From a virus (lineage: Duplodnaviria; Caudoviricetes): a stretch of DNA of 64,000 bases. The stretch is taken from IMG/VR virus record IMGVR_UViG_3300002835_000006; one strand, 5' to 3'. Made by a program: the position numbers and the translations under genes. The first letter of the stretch is position 1. Every line of letters begins with the position of its first letter. Positions 1-9,547 of the stretch are shown here, piece after piece. Under the pieces are notes generated by a model that was given only the letters and a program-made list of their open reading frames with translations, was not told the origin of the DNA and made no database searches.

Positions 1-1
1 A

Positions 2-616
2 GCCATTGTTACACCTACCCCGACCCCATCAGTGACACAGACTAAAACCCCAACACCAACACCTACTCAAACCGACACCCCAAATGTGACCTCAACACCT
101 ACAGGGACTCCAAGTGTCACACCGACAACAACAAAAACTCCAACACCATCGGTGACAACAACGAATACTCCAACAAAAACTAATACACCTACACCTTCAA
201 TTACAGCCAGTAATACACCCACACCTTCAATTACTGCTAGCAACACACCCACACCCACACAAACAGGTACACCTGCTGCTACTCCAACACAAACTGGAAC
301 TTCAGCGGTTACTCCAACACCAACACCAACTGTAACCAAAACTAATACTCCAACGCCTACACAAACAGGTACCCCTCCAGCGACACCAACCCAAACACCA
401 ACACCCACCCAAACTCCATTTTATAGTGGTATATCAGTAAACCAAAACTATGAATATACTGCGGAAATGCTTGGTTCATTTAGTGGGGGAACATTACCAC
501 CTGGTACACTAGTACCACATCCAGGATATGCTGCGGATTTACCTAATGGTAACACAATTCAGGTAATACAGCTAAATGCCATAACATTAGGAGGATTTGA
601 CGGACTCAACAATTAA
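2..616 (+). CDS. Thr-Pro repeat (mucin-like) protein, 5'-truncated; probable virion protein
   Basis: Frame is open from position 2; about 140 aa of TPTPT/TPSIT repeats followed by a short non-repetitive C-terminal domain. Confidence 0.75.
   Translation, partial: AIVTPTPTPSVTQTKTPTPTPTQTDTPNVTSTPTGTPSVTPTTTKTPTPSVTTTNTPTKTNTPTPSITASNTPTPSITASNTPTPTQTGTPAATPTQTGTSAVTPTPTPTVTKTNTPTPTQTGTPPATPTQTPTPTQTPFYSGISVNQNYEYTAEMLGSFSGGTLPPGTLVPHPGYAADLPNGNTIQVIQLNAITLGGFDGLNN
182..241 (+). repeat. 30-nt in-frame tandem repeat x2 ([10 protein letters not shown])
   Basis: aatacacctacaccttcaattacagccagt followed by a near-identical copy. Confidence 0.8.
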
Positions 617-639
617 AACTTTTAAAAAACAATATAAAA

Positions 640-1923
640 ATGGGAGACTTAAAACCAATAGGGAGTGAAAAACTCACAGGTCAAGACAAAATCAAAAGAA
701 TTCTTGAAATTGCAAAGTACAACGAAACAATTCCAAGTTCCGTGAATGAAAATGCAAAATCAGTATATTCAATAAATTTAGCTGACGGTAATGACTATCA
801 GATTGTAAAAGAAAAACAAGGATACATTATCAAGAAAGTAGTTTCTGAATCTCAGTTAGATTACATTGAGCCTATGAAAAACAGAAAATATTTTTCCTCA
901 TATTCCCAAGCATTCAAAAGATTAAATCTATTGGCAGGTGAACTGAATAGATTAAATGAGAATGAGAATGGGGTTGAATTATATGGAGAACAAAAGAAAT
1001 TTGTTTTGAAAACTCCTAAACCTGAGCCTGAGGCAGTAGAACCTCCGGCACCACCTGCAGAACCACCAGCAGTTCCGCAACCAGAATTACCTGATTCACC
1101 TGTCGGAGGTGAAGAGGAGGTTGACATGAGTGCTGAGGAAATGCCTGATGGTGAAATTGATTTAGGTGCTAGTATGGATGATTTAGAATTGGATGGTGGT
1201 GAATCTGCTCCTGAGGGAGAACCTGAAATGGATGACGCTATGGGTGATGAATCGGCTGCGTCAGAAGAGATGGTGACATTTAAGACCATTCAAAAGTTGA
1301 CAGGTAAACTTACACAAAAAATTAGAGAGTTTGATGCTCAAGACGGAATGACTTCAGAAGATATCAAATATGTGATAAATATGGTTCTTTCTGCTTTGGA
1401 TTTGAAAAATCTATCTGAAGAAGATAAAGAAGATATCATGTCAAAATTTGAAGAAGCTGAGGAGAGACCTGAAGGAGATATGGATATGTCTGACAATGAA
1501 TTGTCAATGGATGATGAAGATATTAGTTCTGATTCAGAGGTTGAGGACATTCAAGCTGATATGGATGAACCAAAATCTGAAATGGGAGAAATGAATGTTG
1601 GAAATGGTTCAATACTTGACAGTATCTTCAAAGAATCAAAAGTAGATAAAGTTTTATCGAAATATTTTGAAATTACAAAGAAGGAAATCTTGGAATCAAG
1701 AGAAAAAAAAGAAAGAAAAAGTAAAATACAAGAAGTTACTTTAAGAAAAAAAATGACTGAAGTAGTGAAACTTTCTGAGTCTGTCAAACAAGAATTAGTT
1801 TCAGAAAAATTTTTGAGAGCAAACCCTTCTTTTAACGTTGTAGGTAAAACTAATAAAAAAAATATAGTTTTCGAGAATAACCAAAAACAAATTAAAATAT
1901 CCCCAGAGGGAGAAATTTTATGA
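640..1923 (+). CDS. Acidic hypothetical protein (427 aa) upstream of terminase
   Basis: Long ORF with A-rich start context, D/E/P-rich central region, overlaps next ORF by 4 nt. Confidence 0.85.
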   Translation: MGDLKPIGSEKLTGQDKIKRILEIAKYNETIPSSVNENAKSVYSINLADGNDYQIVKEKQGYIIKKVVSESQLDYIEPMKNRKYFSSYSQAFKRLNLLAGELNRLNENENGVELYGEQKKFVLKTPKPEPEAVEPPAPPAEPPAVPQPELPDSPVGGEEEVDMSAEEMPDGEIDLGASMDDLELDGGESAPEGEPEMDDAMGDESAASEEMVTFKTIQKLTGKLTQKIREFDAQDGMTSEDIKYVINMVLSALDLKNLSEEDKEDIMSKFEEAEERPEGDMDMSDNELSMDDEDISSDSEVEDIQADMDEPKSEMGEMNVGNGSILDSIFKESKVDKVLSKYFEITKKEILESREKKERKSKIQEVTLRKKMTEVVKLSESVKQELVSEKFLRANPSFNVVGKTNKKNIVFENNQKQIKISPEGEIL

Positions 1924-2321
1924 GTAAATTGGTTTTCGTAAATGGTTTAGGACCCAATTATAAAGGGGATAACATTTACGAATTCATATTTTCGGACGAA
2001 AATTTGGAAGACGTTTGGGGAGAAAATTGGGAATCAAAACCAAGTAATGGTTATCCATTACCTCCCGAGTTGAAATATATAAAAAAGGTAGGAGTTTTGA
2101 GAAATACTGATGTTAAATTGGAATTGATTCAGAACTCCGATTTTTTTTGTATGATAGATGCCTTGGATGATGTAGTTGCGATGGCATGGGAACCTGAGGA
2201 AGTAAGAGGTCAGAAGAGAATGGTGTTCAGGTTTGGAGAGTCAGAGCAAGTTATAAAAGATAAATTATACGAAAGAGATTTGATTCTCGAATTTGAAAAG
2301 AAAGTTGTATATGAAAATTAA
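1920..2321 (+). CDS. Hypothetical protein (133 aa)
   Basis: ATGA-type coupling with upstream ORF; phage-like composition. Confidence 0.8.
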   Translation: MSKLVFVNGLGPNYKGDNIYEFIFSDENLEDVWGENWESKPSNGYPLPPELKYIKKVGVLRNTDVKLELIQNSDFFCMIDALDDVVAMAWEPEEVRGQKRMVFRFGESEQVIKDKLYERDLILEFEKKVVYEN

Positions 2322-3147
2322 AATTAAAGCATTAGAACTAATCGAGAAAGGAATTCCTTCCAAAACCGTTCTAAAGTTGAGCGAATCGGAAATAAATTTG
2401 TTACACTCAAAGTTGTTGGGAGAACAAACCAAAGCCGCTATGGTGCAAATTAAAAGTACCACTCCGAACGCAATACAAACCGTGAAAAATTTGACAACAC
2501 AAGGTGTTCCTGTTCAGATGATAGAGAAGGAGTTAGAGGAGGAGGAAGAAGTTACGATGGACCCTAACCAAAAGAAACAAACTCAAGACCCTGAGCAAGA
2601 AGGACCTAGTTCTAATGATGGTTTTGGTCCTGACAAAACAGAAGACCCTTCTATGAATGATGATGGTATGTATAATTTCGAATCTATTGAAGAATCTAAA
2701 AAGAAAAAAGAAAAAAACCCGTGGGCGATATGCACTGCAAAAATGGGTGAAGAATTCGGAACTTCAGAAAGAAGTGAATGGACTAAGAAACAAAAAGCTA
2801 AATATGAAAGTTGTGTCATGGGAGTAAAAAAATCTTTGGAAGAGAGTAAAAAAAATGTATCTTTGTTTTTGGAAACTGAAATTCAAAAAATTGTAGAAAG
2901 ACATCTTTCTCCAAAAATAACAAAAAGAGAACTCATGAAATATTTGGGAGAGTCAGAACCTGCTGTAGCACCTACGAAACCGGCTACACCTACGAAACCG
3001 GCTACACCTACGAAACCAAAACCTAGACCAATGAGACCTGGACAAAATCCAAATCCGGGCGAAAAAGAGGCACCAATGGCCGTGGAACCTGAAAAGGCTA
3101 AAAAGAAAGTGATTTCTACAATAATGAAAATGTTGAGAAAAAAATGA
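2311..3147 (+). CDS. Hypothetical protein with NPWAIC...KYESC module and PTKPAT repeats
   Basis: ORF track 2293..3147; in-frame ATG at 2311 preferred; coupled to next gene. Confidence 0.8.
   Translation: MKIKIKALELIEKGIPSKTVLKLSESEINLLHSKLLGEQTKAAMVQIKSTTPNAIQTVKNLTTQGVPVQMIEKELEEEEEVTMDPNQKKQTQDPEQEGPSSNDGFGPDKTEDPSMNDDGMYNFESIEESKKKKEKNPWAICTAKMGEEFGTSERSEWTKKQKAKYESCVMGVKKSLEESKKNVSLFLETEIQKIVERHLSPKITKRELMKYLGESEPAVAPTKPATPTKPATPTKPKPRPMRPGQNPNPGEKEAPMAVEPEKAKKKVISTIMKMLRKK
2971..3017 (+). repeat. 18-nt in-frame tandem repeat x2.6 (PTKPAT)
   Basis: cctacgaaaccggctaca repeated exactly. Confidence 0.9.
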
Positions 3148-4457
3148 GAAAAAGAACATCAGAAGCAATTGATTATGGTAACTATCCTGAAAGGATGGAC
3201 CCAAACTTAGAAAGAAAACTTTCAAGTCCTGAGGGTTTATATGCAAGTTCTCCGGCATTCCAAAAAGGTGCTGAAGATGTGGAAAGACTCGCAACAGAAA
3301 GATTTAAGAAAGTTGTTGACAAATTACGTCAAGTCAAAGGTATGGAAAGACTAACTCCTAATGTAATCCAAAGGATTTACATGGAGGAGATGAGTAAGGT
3401 TCCTATGATTTTGAGAATTGAGTCCCAACACAAAGAGGAACTTGAAAAGTTAGCTACAGATGTATCACTTGAAGAAACTGAGACTCCTGAAGGTTGGTAT
3501 CAAATTGAAGCAATGTTAAATAGAGAACCTATTGACGTAAATAATTTCAGATATGAACCAGAAGAACCTGAAGATGAGGAAGAAGAGGATGACGAGGAAA
3601 AAAAACAAACTTTAAGTTTCGACGACTTCGATATTGAAAATTTAACTCCACAAGAAGAACTCGAATTAGAAAAACATAAAAGAAATATTATAAACGCTGT
3701 TGTACAAGGTGCTGCAAAAAAAGGACATTATTTATTCCAAAAGCCTGAAGTTAAAAGAAAGTTGGATGCAATAGACTCAAGATTGTTTCCTGCTTACTTG
3801 GGTGTTATGGCAGTAAATGATTTATTGTATTTCACTATGGAACAGATGATTGAACAAATGTCTGCCACAGGAAATGGTGTTGCCGGTAAAGTATCATTAG
3901 AAGATGCAGACGACGAGGGAGGCGGAGAAGGAGAAGAAGAATCTCAAGAGAAACCCGATACAAAAATAGTAGCTGAAGGTTTATTCTTTCCGATTTTATG
4001 TCATGAGATTATTAAAGGAATTAAAAAAGCTAATGCTAGATTTGGTCTTCCGAAAGACCCTCAAATGCGTGAAAAGGTAAAAGGTGCCGTTGATGTTTTA
4101 TCTAACGAACCCATGCAGTTGAGATTAGGACCTGAAATTGTTGAAAAAATTAGATTTGCCTTACCTGACGAAATGTTCGATTCAGACAATAAAGGTTTAA
4201 TAAACTGGTTCGAAATTGAATTATACCAAATTCCAGCTCGCGAATTTCTTCAAATTATTGGTAACACCATTTCAAATGACAATGCCAAAGTTTCCAAAGC
4301 TAAAGAACGTTTTCAAGAGATTATGAAAAAGGCTATGGAGTTGAAAAAAGAATATGATGACTATTTGGAAGACCAGAACAAAGATGGTGATTCCGATGAT
4401 GACGATGATGATTTGGATGATTTCTTGAGTAATTTGGGTATAAGTCGACCCAAATGA
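3144..4457 (+). CDS. Hypothetical protein (437 aa), acidic tracts, directly upstream of TerL
   Basis: Long ORF in head operon. Confidence 0.85.
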   Translation: MRKRTSEAIDYGNYPERMDPNLERKLSSPEGLYASSPAFQKGAEDVERLATERFKKVVDKLRQVKGMERLTPNVIQRIYMEEMSKVPMILRIESQHKEELEKLATDVSLEETETPEGWYQIEAMLNREPIDVNNFRYEPEEPEDEEEEDDEEKKQTLSFDDFDIENLTPQEELELEKHKRNIINAVVQGAAKKGHYLFQKPEVKRKLDAIDSRLFPAYLGVMAVNDLLYFTMEQMIEQMSATGNGVAGKVSLEDADDEGGGEGEEESQEKPDTKIVAEGLFFPILCHEIIKGIKKANARFGLPKDPQMREKVKGAVDVLSNEPMQLRLGPEIVEKIRFALPDEMFDSDNKGLINWFEIELYQIPAREFLQIIGNTISNDNAKVSKAKERFQEIMKKAMELKKEYDDYLEDQNKDGDSDDDDDDLDDFLSNLGISRPK

Positions 4458-4463
4458 TTCTGA

Positions 4464-6227
4464 ATGACAAAAGAACAACTAATTATTGAATATACAAAGT
4501 GTATGAGGAATACTCCCTATGCACTCAAAGCATATTTACAAACTTACGATAACACCGTATCAAAATATGTCCCTTTAGATTTATTTCCTGACCAAGTAAG
4601 ATTGATTGAAGATTATGATTCGTACAACGAAAACATTGCTCTGAAATATAGACAGGCGGGTGTTTCTACTGTAACTGCCGCTTGGGCATCAAAAAAATTA
4701 GTTTTTGCAAAAAAACAAAAACCTGAAAAAATTCTAATTATTGCCAACAAACTTGACACTTCTGTCGAGATGGCTAACAAAATAAGGTCATTCACTGAAC
4801 AATGGCCAGAATGGGTTGGTATCGGTTTTTCTGCAGAAAAAAACTCCCAAAGACATTTCAAACTTTCGAATGATTGTGAGGTTAAAGCGGTTGCAACATC
4901 CAAGGACGCCTTACGTGGTTACACGCCAACAATATTGATTTTTGACGAAGCTGCGTTCATTGAAGCAGATAATGATTTCTGGTCTGCTTGTATGGCATCT
5001 CTATCAACAGGTGGTAAAGTGATAGTTGTTTCAACCCCTAACGGATATGACCCAATCTATTATGAAATTTATGACCAAGCATTGAGAGGAATGAATGAGT
5101 TTAAAATCTCGGAGATGTATTGGTATAGAGACCCAAGATATACCAAGGATTTGTTCATGGTCAAAACTAATGACCTCGTTCATTTTTTATTGAATAGAGA
5201 AGATTATCCCAAAGACGTTGTAGTTGACCTCTCAATAGATAATCCATATGAGAGAGACCATTCAATAACCACAGATTACATCAATAAGGGTTATAAACCA
5301 TGTTCTGCTTGGTTTGAGGGAATGGTCAAAAAATTGAAATTTGACAGAAGAAAAGTTGCACAAGAATTGGAGTGTAATTTCTTGGGGTCAGGGGACAATG
5401 TTTTTGAATCTGAGTTGATGCAAAATATTGCTAAGAATAGCCTTAGAGAACCTCAAGCTAAATTGATGGGAAGCTCATTGTGGATATTCAAAGAGCCTGA
5501 AAATAATCATAAGTACGTTATGGGGGTGGATGTTTCAAGAGGAGATTCAGAAGATTTCTCATGTATTGAGATTATTGATTTTGACACAAAAGAACAGGTT
5601 TTGGAATACGTCGGTAAAATCCCACCAGATGTACTTGCTGAAATTGCTTATAAGTGGGGTACTATGTATAGAGCCTTTTGTGTGATTGATATAACTGGTG
5701 GGATGGGAATTTCAACTGCCCGTAAAATGCAAGAATTGAATTATGAAGGTGGATTGTATGTTGACAACATAGACCCGAACAAGAAATGGAAGTGGGACCC
5801 TAAAGCAAATGAAAAAATACCTGGTATAAATTTTAATTCTAAAAGGGTTCAAATTATTGCATCGCTTGAGGAAGCGGTGCGACATGATTTCAAAATTTAT
5901 TCTAATCGATTATATAATGAAATGAATACTTTCATCTTCATAAATGGTAGACCTGACCATCAAAAGGGACACCACGATGATTGTATTATGGCTATATCCA
6001 TGGCAATTTATGTTGCAGAAAAATCATTCCAATCGATACAAAAAGTTGTCAATCATACCAAGGCAATGTTGAATTCTTGGACATCGACCGTGAATGAAAA
6101 TAAAAATACATCAGATTATTTCAACCCGATGGTTCCACAGTCTAATCGTAACTCAGGTATGTATCCTACAAATGGTCCAACTAAGGCCGATTATCAAAAA
6201 TATGGATGGTTATTTGGAGCTAAATAA
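4464..6227 (+). CDS. terL: Terminase large subunit (T4 gp17-like)
   Basis: Walker A-like LKYRQAGVST, Walker B ILIFDEAAF, VSTPNG coupling motif, nuclease GVDVSRG and HDDCIMA. Confidence 0.95.
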   Translation: MTKEQLIIEYTKCMRNTPYALKAYLQTYDNTVSKYVPLDLFPDQVRLIEDYDSYNENIALKYRQAGVSTVTAAWASKKLVFAKKQKPEKILIIANKLDTSVEMANKIRSFTEQWPEWVGIGFSAEKNSQRHFKLSNDCEVKAVATSKDALRGYTPTILIFDEAAFIEADNDFWSACMASLSTGGKVIVVSTPNGYDPIYYEIYDQALRGMNEFKISEMYWYRDPRYTKDLFMVKTNDLVHFLLNREDYPKDVVVDLSIDNPYERDHSITTDYINKGYKPCSAWFEGMVKKLKFDRRKVAQELECNFLGSGDNVFESELMQNIAKNSLREPQAKLMGSSLWIFKEPENNHKYVMGVDVSRGDSEDFSCIEIIDFDTKEQVLEYVGKIPPDVLAEIAYKWGTMYRAFCVIDITGGMGISTARKMQELNYEGGLYVDNIDPNKKWKWDPKANEKIPGINFNSKRVQIIASLEEAVRHDFKIYSNRLYNEMNTFIFINGRPDHQKGHHDDCIMAISMAIYVAEKSFQSIQKVVNHTKAMLNSWTSTVNENKNTSDYFNPMVPQSNRNSGMYPTNGPTKADYQKYGWLFGAK

Positions 6228-6228
6228 C

Positions 6229-6236
6229 TATTTATA
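6229..6236 (+). promoter_or_regulatory. Putative late promoter TATTTATA upstream of portal
   Basis: Motif recurs shortly upstream of many structural genes. Confidence 0.6.
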
Positions 6237-6264
6237 TTATTGATTAGACAAGTAAAATTAAAAG

Positions 6265-8094
6265 ATGAGTGAACAGAATTTAACTATTTGGCAGAGGTTA
6301 TCCAAAACCTTTGGACCCAATTCTTTATTAGGTCAGGATTATCCTACATATAAGTTTGATAAAAAAGTATTACTACGTACCACCGACCGAGCTGAATACG
6401 AAAGGGAAAAATTACAAGCACAACAAAGTTTTTATTTAGCAAATCAATGGGCTAAAGTTGAAAACAATTTATATTCTCAAGCCATTTATTATGAACCATC
6501 AAGACTCTCCGCACAATATGATTATGAGTCTATGGAGTATACACCTGAAATTTCTGCGGCGTTGGACATTTATGCTGAGGAATCAACAACTACCAATGAG
6601 GATGGTTTCATATTACAGATTTATTCAGAATCAAAAAGAATCAAATCAGTTTTAGCCGACCTTTTCAACAATACATTGGATATCAACACCAATTTACCAA
6701 TGTGGACAAGAAATACATGTAAGTATGGTGATAACTTTGTTTACCTCAAACTCGACCCAGAAAAGGGAATTGTTGGTTGTCAACAACTACCTACAATCGA
6801 AATTGAGAGAAGAGAAGTTGGTACTTCACAAAAAATTACAGTAGAACCCGATAGACCTGAAGATAGAAAAGCACTTCACTTCGATTGGAAAAATAAAAAC
6901 ATGACTTTTCAGTCTTGGGAAATTGCTCACTTTAGACTGTTGGGTGATGATAGAAGGCTACCATACGGAACTTCAATGCTTGAAAAAGCCAGAAGAATTT
7001 GGAAACAATTATTGTTATCCGAAGATGCGATGTTGATTTATCGTACTTCGAGAGCTCCAGAAAGAAGGATATTCAAGGTATTTGTCGGAAACATGAATGA
7101 TGACGATGTTGAAGCGTATGTACAACGTGTGGCAAACAAATTCAAGAGAGAACAAATTGTTGACAGTAAGACAGGTCAAGTGGATATGAGATTCAATCAG
7201 ATGGCCGTTGACCAAGACTATTTTGTACCTGTACGTGACCCAGCAGCACCTAGTCCAATAGATACCTTGCCTGGTGCACAAAATCTATCAGAAATTGCGG
7301 ATATTGAATATATTCAGAAAAAACTGTTGACAGCTTTAAGAGTACCCAAAGCGTTTTTAGGGTTTGAAGAAGTTGTGGGTGACGGTAAGAATCTTTCTTT
7401 GCAGGATATTAGGTTCGCCAGAACAATAAACAGGATTCAAAAAAGTATGTTACAGGAACTGAATAAAATTGCAATTGTTCATCTGTTTCTTTTAGGTTTT
7501 GAAGATGAACTTGATAATTTTACTTTGGGTCTTACTAATCCATCCACTCAAGCTGATTTACTCAAAATTGATGTCTGGAAAGAAAAAGTTACACTTTATA
7601 AAGACATGGTATCTGACCCTGGAGGTGGAATTTCAGCAACCTCTACAACATGGGCTAAAAAACATATTTTTGGTTGGTCAGACGATGAAGTCAAATTAGA
7701 TTTACAACAACAGAGATTGGAGAGAGCGGTCGGTGAAGAATTGAAAGCCACTCCAACAGTTATTACCAAAACGGGAATATTTGATAATCTAGATAAATTA
7801 TACGGGTCAACAACGGGAGGAACACCAACTCAAACTGCAACCGAAACTGGAGGTGGATTTGAACCTTCAGGAATAGAACCAATGTCACCGCCATCACCAC
7901 CCACACCTGAAGAACCTGCTGGTGGGGAAGCACCACCCGAAGGAGGCGAAGTTACACCGGAATCTAAATCTAAAGAACTGAACATTTTAGTTGAAAATAA
8001 CTTTATTGAAGGTTCAACCAACATAGATTTGTCACATGGGCAAAATTCTTTGGGTGAAATTACCAAGCAGTTAGACAAGTTACTAAATTCCTAA
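6265..8094 (+). CDS. Portal protein (T4 gp20-like)
   Basis: YESMEYTPEISAALDIYAEE, MLIYRTSRAPERRIFKVFVGNM, IDTLPGAQNL, ALRVPKAFLG, DIRFARTINRIQ motifs; follows TerL. Confidence 0.95.
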   Translation: MSEQNLTIWQRLSKTFGPNSLLGQDYPTYKFDKKVLLRTTDRAEYEREKLQAQQSFYLANQWAKVENNLYSQAIYYEPSRLSAQYDYESMEYTPEISAALDIYAEESTTTNEDGFILQIYSESKRIKSVLADLFNNTLDINTNLPMWTRNTCKYGDNFVYLKLDPEKGIVGCQQLPTIEIERREVGTSQKITVEPDRPEDRKALHFDWKNKNMTFQSWEIAHFRLLGDDRRLPYGTSMLEKARRIWKQLLLSEDAMLIYRTSRAPERRIFKVFVGNMNDDDVEAYVQRVANKFKREQIVDSKTGQVDMRFNQMAVDQDYFVPVRDPAAPSPIDTLPGAQNLSEIADIEYIQKKLLTALRVPKAFLGFEEVVGDGKNLSLQDIRFARTINRIQKSMLQELNKIAIVHLFLLGFEDELDNFTLGLTNPSTQADLLKIDVWKEKVTLYKDMVSDPGGGISATSTTWAKKHIFGWSDDEVKLDLQQQRLERAVGEELKATPTVITKTGIFDNLDKLYGSTTGGTPTQTATETGGGFEPSGIEPMSPPSPPTPEEPAGGEAPPEGGEVTPESKSKELNILVENNFIEGSTNIDLSHGQNSLGEITKQLDKLLNS

Positions 8095-8101
8095 TATTTA
8101 T
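8095..8101 (+). promoter_or_regulatory. Putative late promoter TATTTAT
   Basis: Recurring motif, 16 nt before ATG at 8118. Confidence 0.55.
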
Positions 8102-8117
8102 TTGTAAACCTACAGTA

Positions 8118-8816
8118 ATGACATTCGGACAGATAAAAACCGCCATAGAAAACCACTTGATTGAATCTTACAAAAGTGAAAAAGAATTCAAGAAAAGTAT
8201 CAATGAATTTAAGTCTAATATATTGAATAATAAATCAATATCCAAACTTTATTCTGTCTATGACCAGTTATCTACAAATCAAGGTTTGAACGAAGGTGAT
8301 GCTAAAGATTTTTTAGAAGAAGGATTATCTGTAATCAATAGAATTTTACCAACAGTAAAATTACCCAAACTTGCTAAAGAGACTACTAATAATAATTACA
8401 AAAATATTGACACACTAGTTTACACAAATAATTTAAATTTATCTGAACGCGTAAACGCTAAAAAGGAAATCATTCAAATTTTGAAATCTGAGAAAGAAAG
8501 TCTGAAGGAATCTATAAAGTTACCTGTTTCTAGTATGGTTAAAATTGCCAATCAGACATTAGAGAATTACATCACAAATATGGATGAAGATTCTAAAAAA
8601 GTTTTCATGAATGTGGTAAAAACAGATAGTAAAAACTTGAAGGAAGATTATCAAAACTTGAAAGAATCTACAATAGATAAATTAAAAACAATCCTCACAA
8701 ACGAATCAGAACAGGAATTAAAATCTAAAATACAAGAGACTATAGAGAAAATTCAAACTCAGGATTTTAATCAGATGAACTATGTAAAATTAGTGAGTTT
8801 GGAAAAAAACCTATAG
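8118..8816 (+). CDS. Hypothetical helical protein (232 aa) in head module
   Basis: ORF between portal and protease with several L/I-x-E sites. Confidence 0.8.
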   Translation: MTFGQIKTAIENHLIESYKSEKEFKKSINEFKSNILNNKSISKLYSVYDQLSTNQGLNEGDAKDFLEEGLSVINRILPTVKLPKLAKETTNNNYKNIDTLVYTNNLNLSERVNAKKEIIQILKSEKESLKESIKLPVSSMVKIANQTLENYITNMDEDSKKVFMNVVKTDSKNLKEDYQNLKESTIDKLKTILTNESEQELKSKIQETIEKIQTQDFNQMNYVKLVSLEKNL

Positions 8817-8999
8817 GTTCGTTTTCTTTCTTTGAGTATATTTTGCTTTTAGTAATGCTTTTCTTTTAGTAACAGACTTCTTTTCAAATTCTTTCTTTTC
8901 CAATAACTTTTGATTTTGTTTTGTCTTTATTACCTTAGATTTCAAAACTTTCAAAGCCTTCTCTAAATTTTCCGATTTGGTTATTTCGATAATCAACAT
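8811..8999 (-). CDS. rpsU: Ribosomal protein bS21 (Bacteroidota-type)
   Basis: 62 aa basic protein MLIIEI..ENLEKALKVLKSKVIKT..LLEKKEFEKKSVTKRK..KAKYTQ matching the bS21 pattern; located among head genes as in known bS21-encoding phages. Confidence 0.85.
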   Translation of the reverse strand: MLIIEITKSENLEKALKVLKSKVIKTKQNQKLLEKKEFEKKSVTKRKALLKAKYTQRKKTNL

Positions 9000-9018
9000 A
9001 TTTTATATATATTGTGTT

Positions 9019-9050
9019 TTTGACAATAAATAACTTTATGGTTACTTTTG
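9019..9050 (+). promoter_or_regulatory. Bacteroidota primary-sigma promoter (-33 TTTG / -7 TAnnTTTG)
   Basis: TTTG 9019-9022, 20-nt spacer, TACTTTTG 9043-9050; matches the known consensus and spacing. Confidence 0.7.
9026..9032 (-). promoter_or_regulatory. Putative late promoter TATTTAT upstream of bS21
   Basis: ATAAATA on + strand, 26 nt upstream of the minus-strand ATG at 8999. Confidence 0.55.
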
Positions 9051-9081
9051 TATCAAAATAAACTATGAAATATGAAAATGA

Positions 9082-9510
9082 ATGAAAAAAGGAAAAAGTG
9101 TAAAACTAAATTTATTTACACCAATTAAATCAGTATACGGAACTGTGGATTCTAAAAATTTAAAGTCAATCTACATAAACATTCAATCTTGGGTTTGTCC
9201 GAAAATGGAGTATGATAATTGGAATAGAGTTGTTTGTAATTTGAATCGTGAAATAAAACACTCTGTATATAATTCGATAACTGAGGAAATTTTTTTAGAG
9301 AAAAATATCGTTGATTTAGATTTAAGAACGAGTGGTATAAACAAAGGAAAAAAATCTTTTTTTAATTTGGAAGTAAATTTATTCGTTTCTCAGGACTATG
9401 AATTCAAGTCACCAATTCTTAAAGAGGGTATCAAAAAAATTGTAAAAAATATCTATACTAATAATATTTCCAATAACAAATATTTTGATTTTTCGAAATC
9501 AAAAAATTAA
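9082..9510 (+). CDS. Hypothetical protein (142 aa)
   Basis: ORF downstream of host-type promoter. Confidence 0.8.
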   Translation: MKKGKSVKLNLFTPIKSVYGTVDSKNLKSIYINIQSWVCPKMEYDNWNRVVCNLNREIKHSVYNSITEEIFLEKNIVDLDLRTSGINKGKKSFFNLEVNLFVSQDYEFKSPILKEGIKKIVKNIYTNNISNNKYFDFSKSKN

Positions 9511-9525
9511 ACAATACTAGCAATA

Positions 9526-9532
9526 TATTTAT
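9526..9532 (+). promoter_or_regulatory. Putative late promoter TATTTAT
   Basis: 15 nt before protease ATG. Confidence 0.55.
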
Positions 9533-9547
9533 CTTTTAAAAGGAAGA

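Noticed and set aside
67-408. Antisense V/G-rich ORF (also 46527..46709)
   Set aside because: Shadow of Thr-Pro codon repeats on the opposite strand
861-1787. Ser-rich antisense ORFs (also 12259..12597 and many others in the track)
   Set aside because: Shadows of acidic sense-strand genes; no independent start context or motifs
7820-7960. Pro/Thr/Gly-rich portal C-terminal tail as a mucin substrate
   Set aside because: Low-complexity tails are common on gp20-like portals; not a true TP repeat
9065-9085. Four clustered ATGs and a 6-codon uORF (MKYENE) overlapping the 9082 start
   Set aside because: Easily arises in A/T-rich sequence; no supporting evidence of regulation
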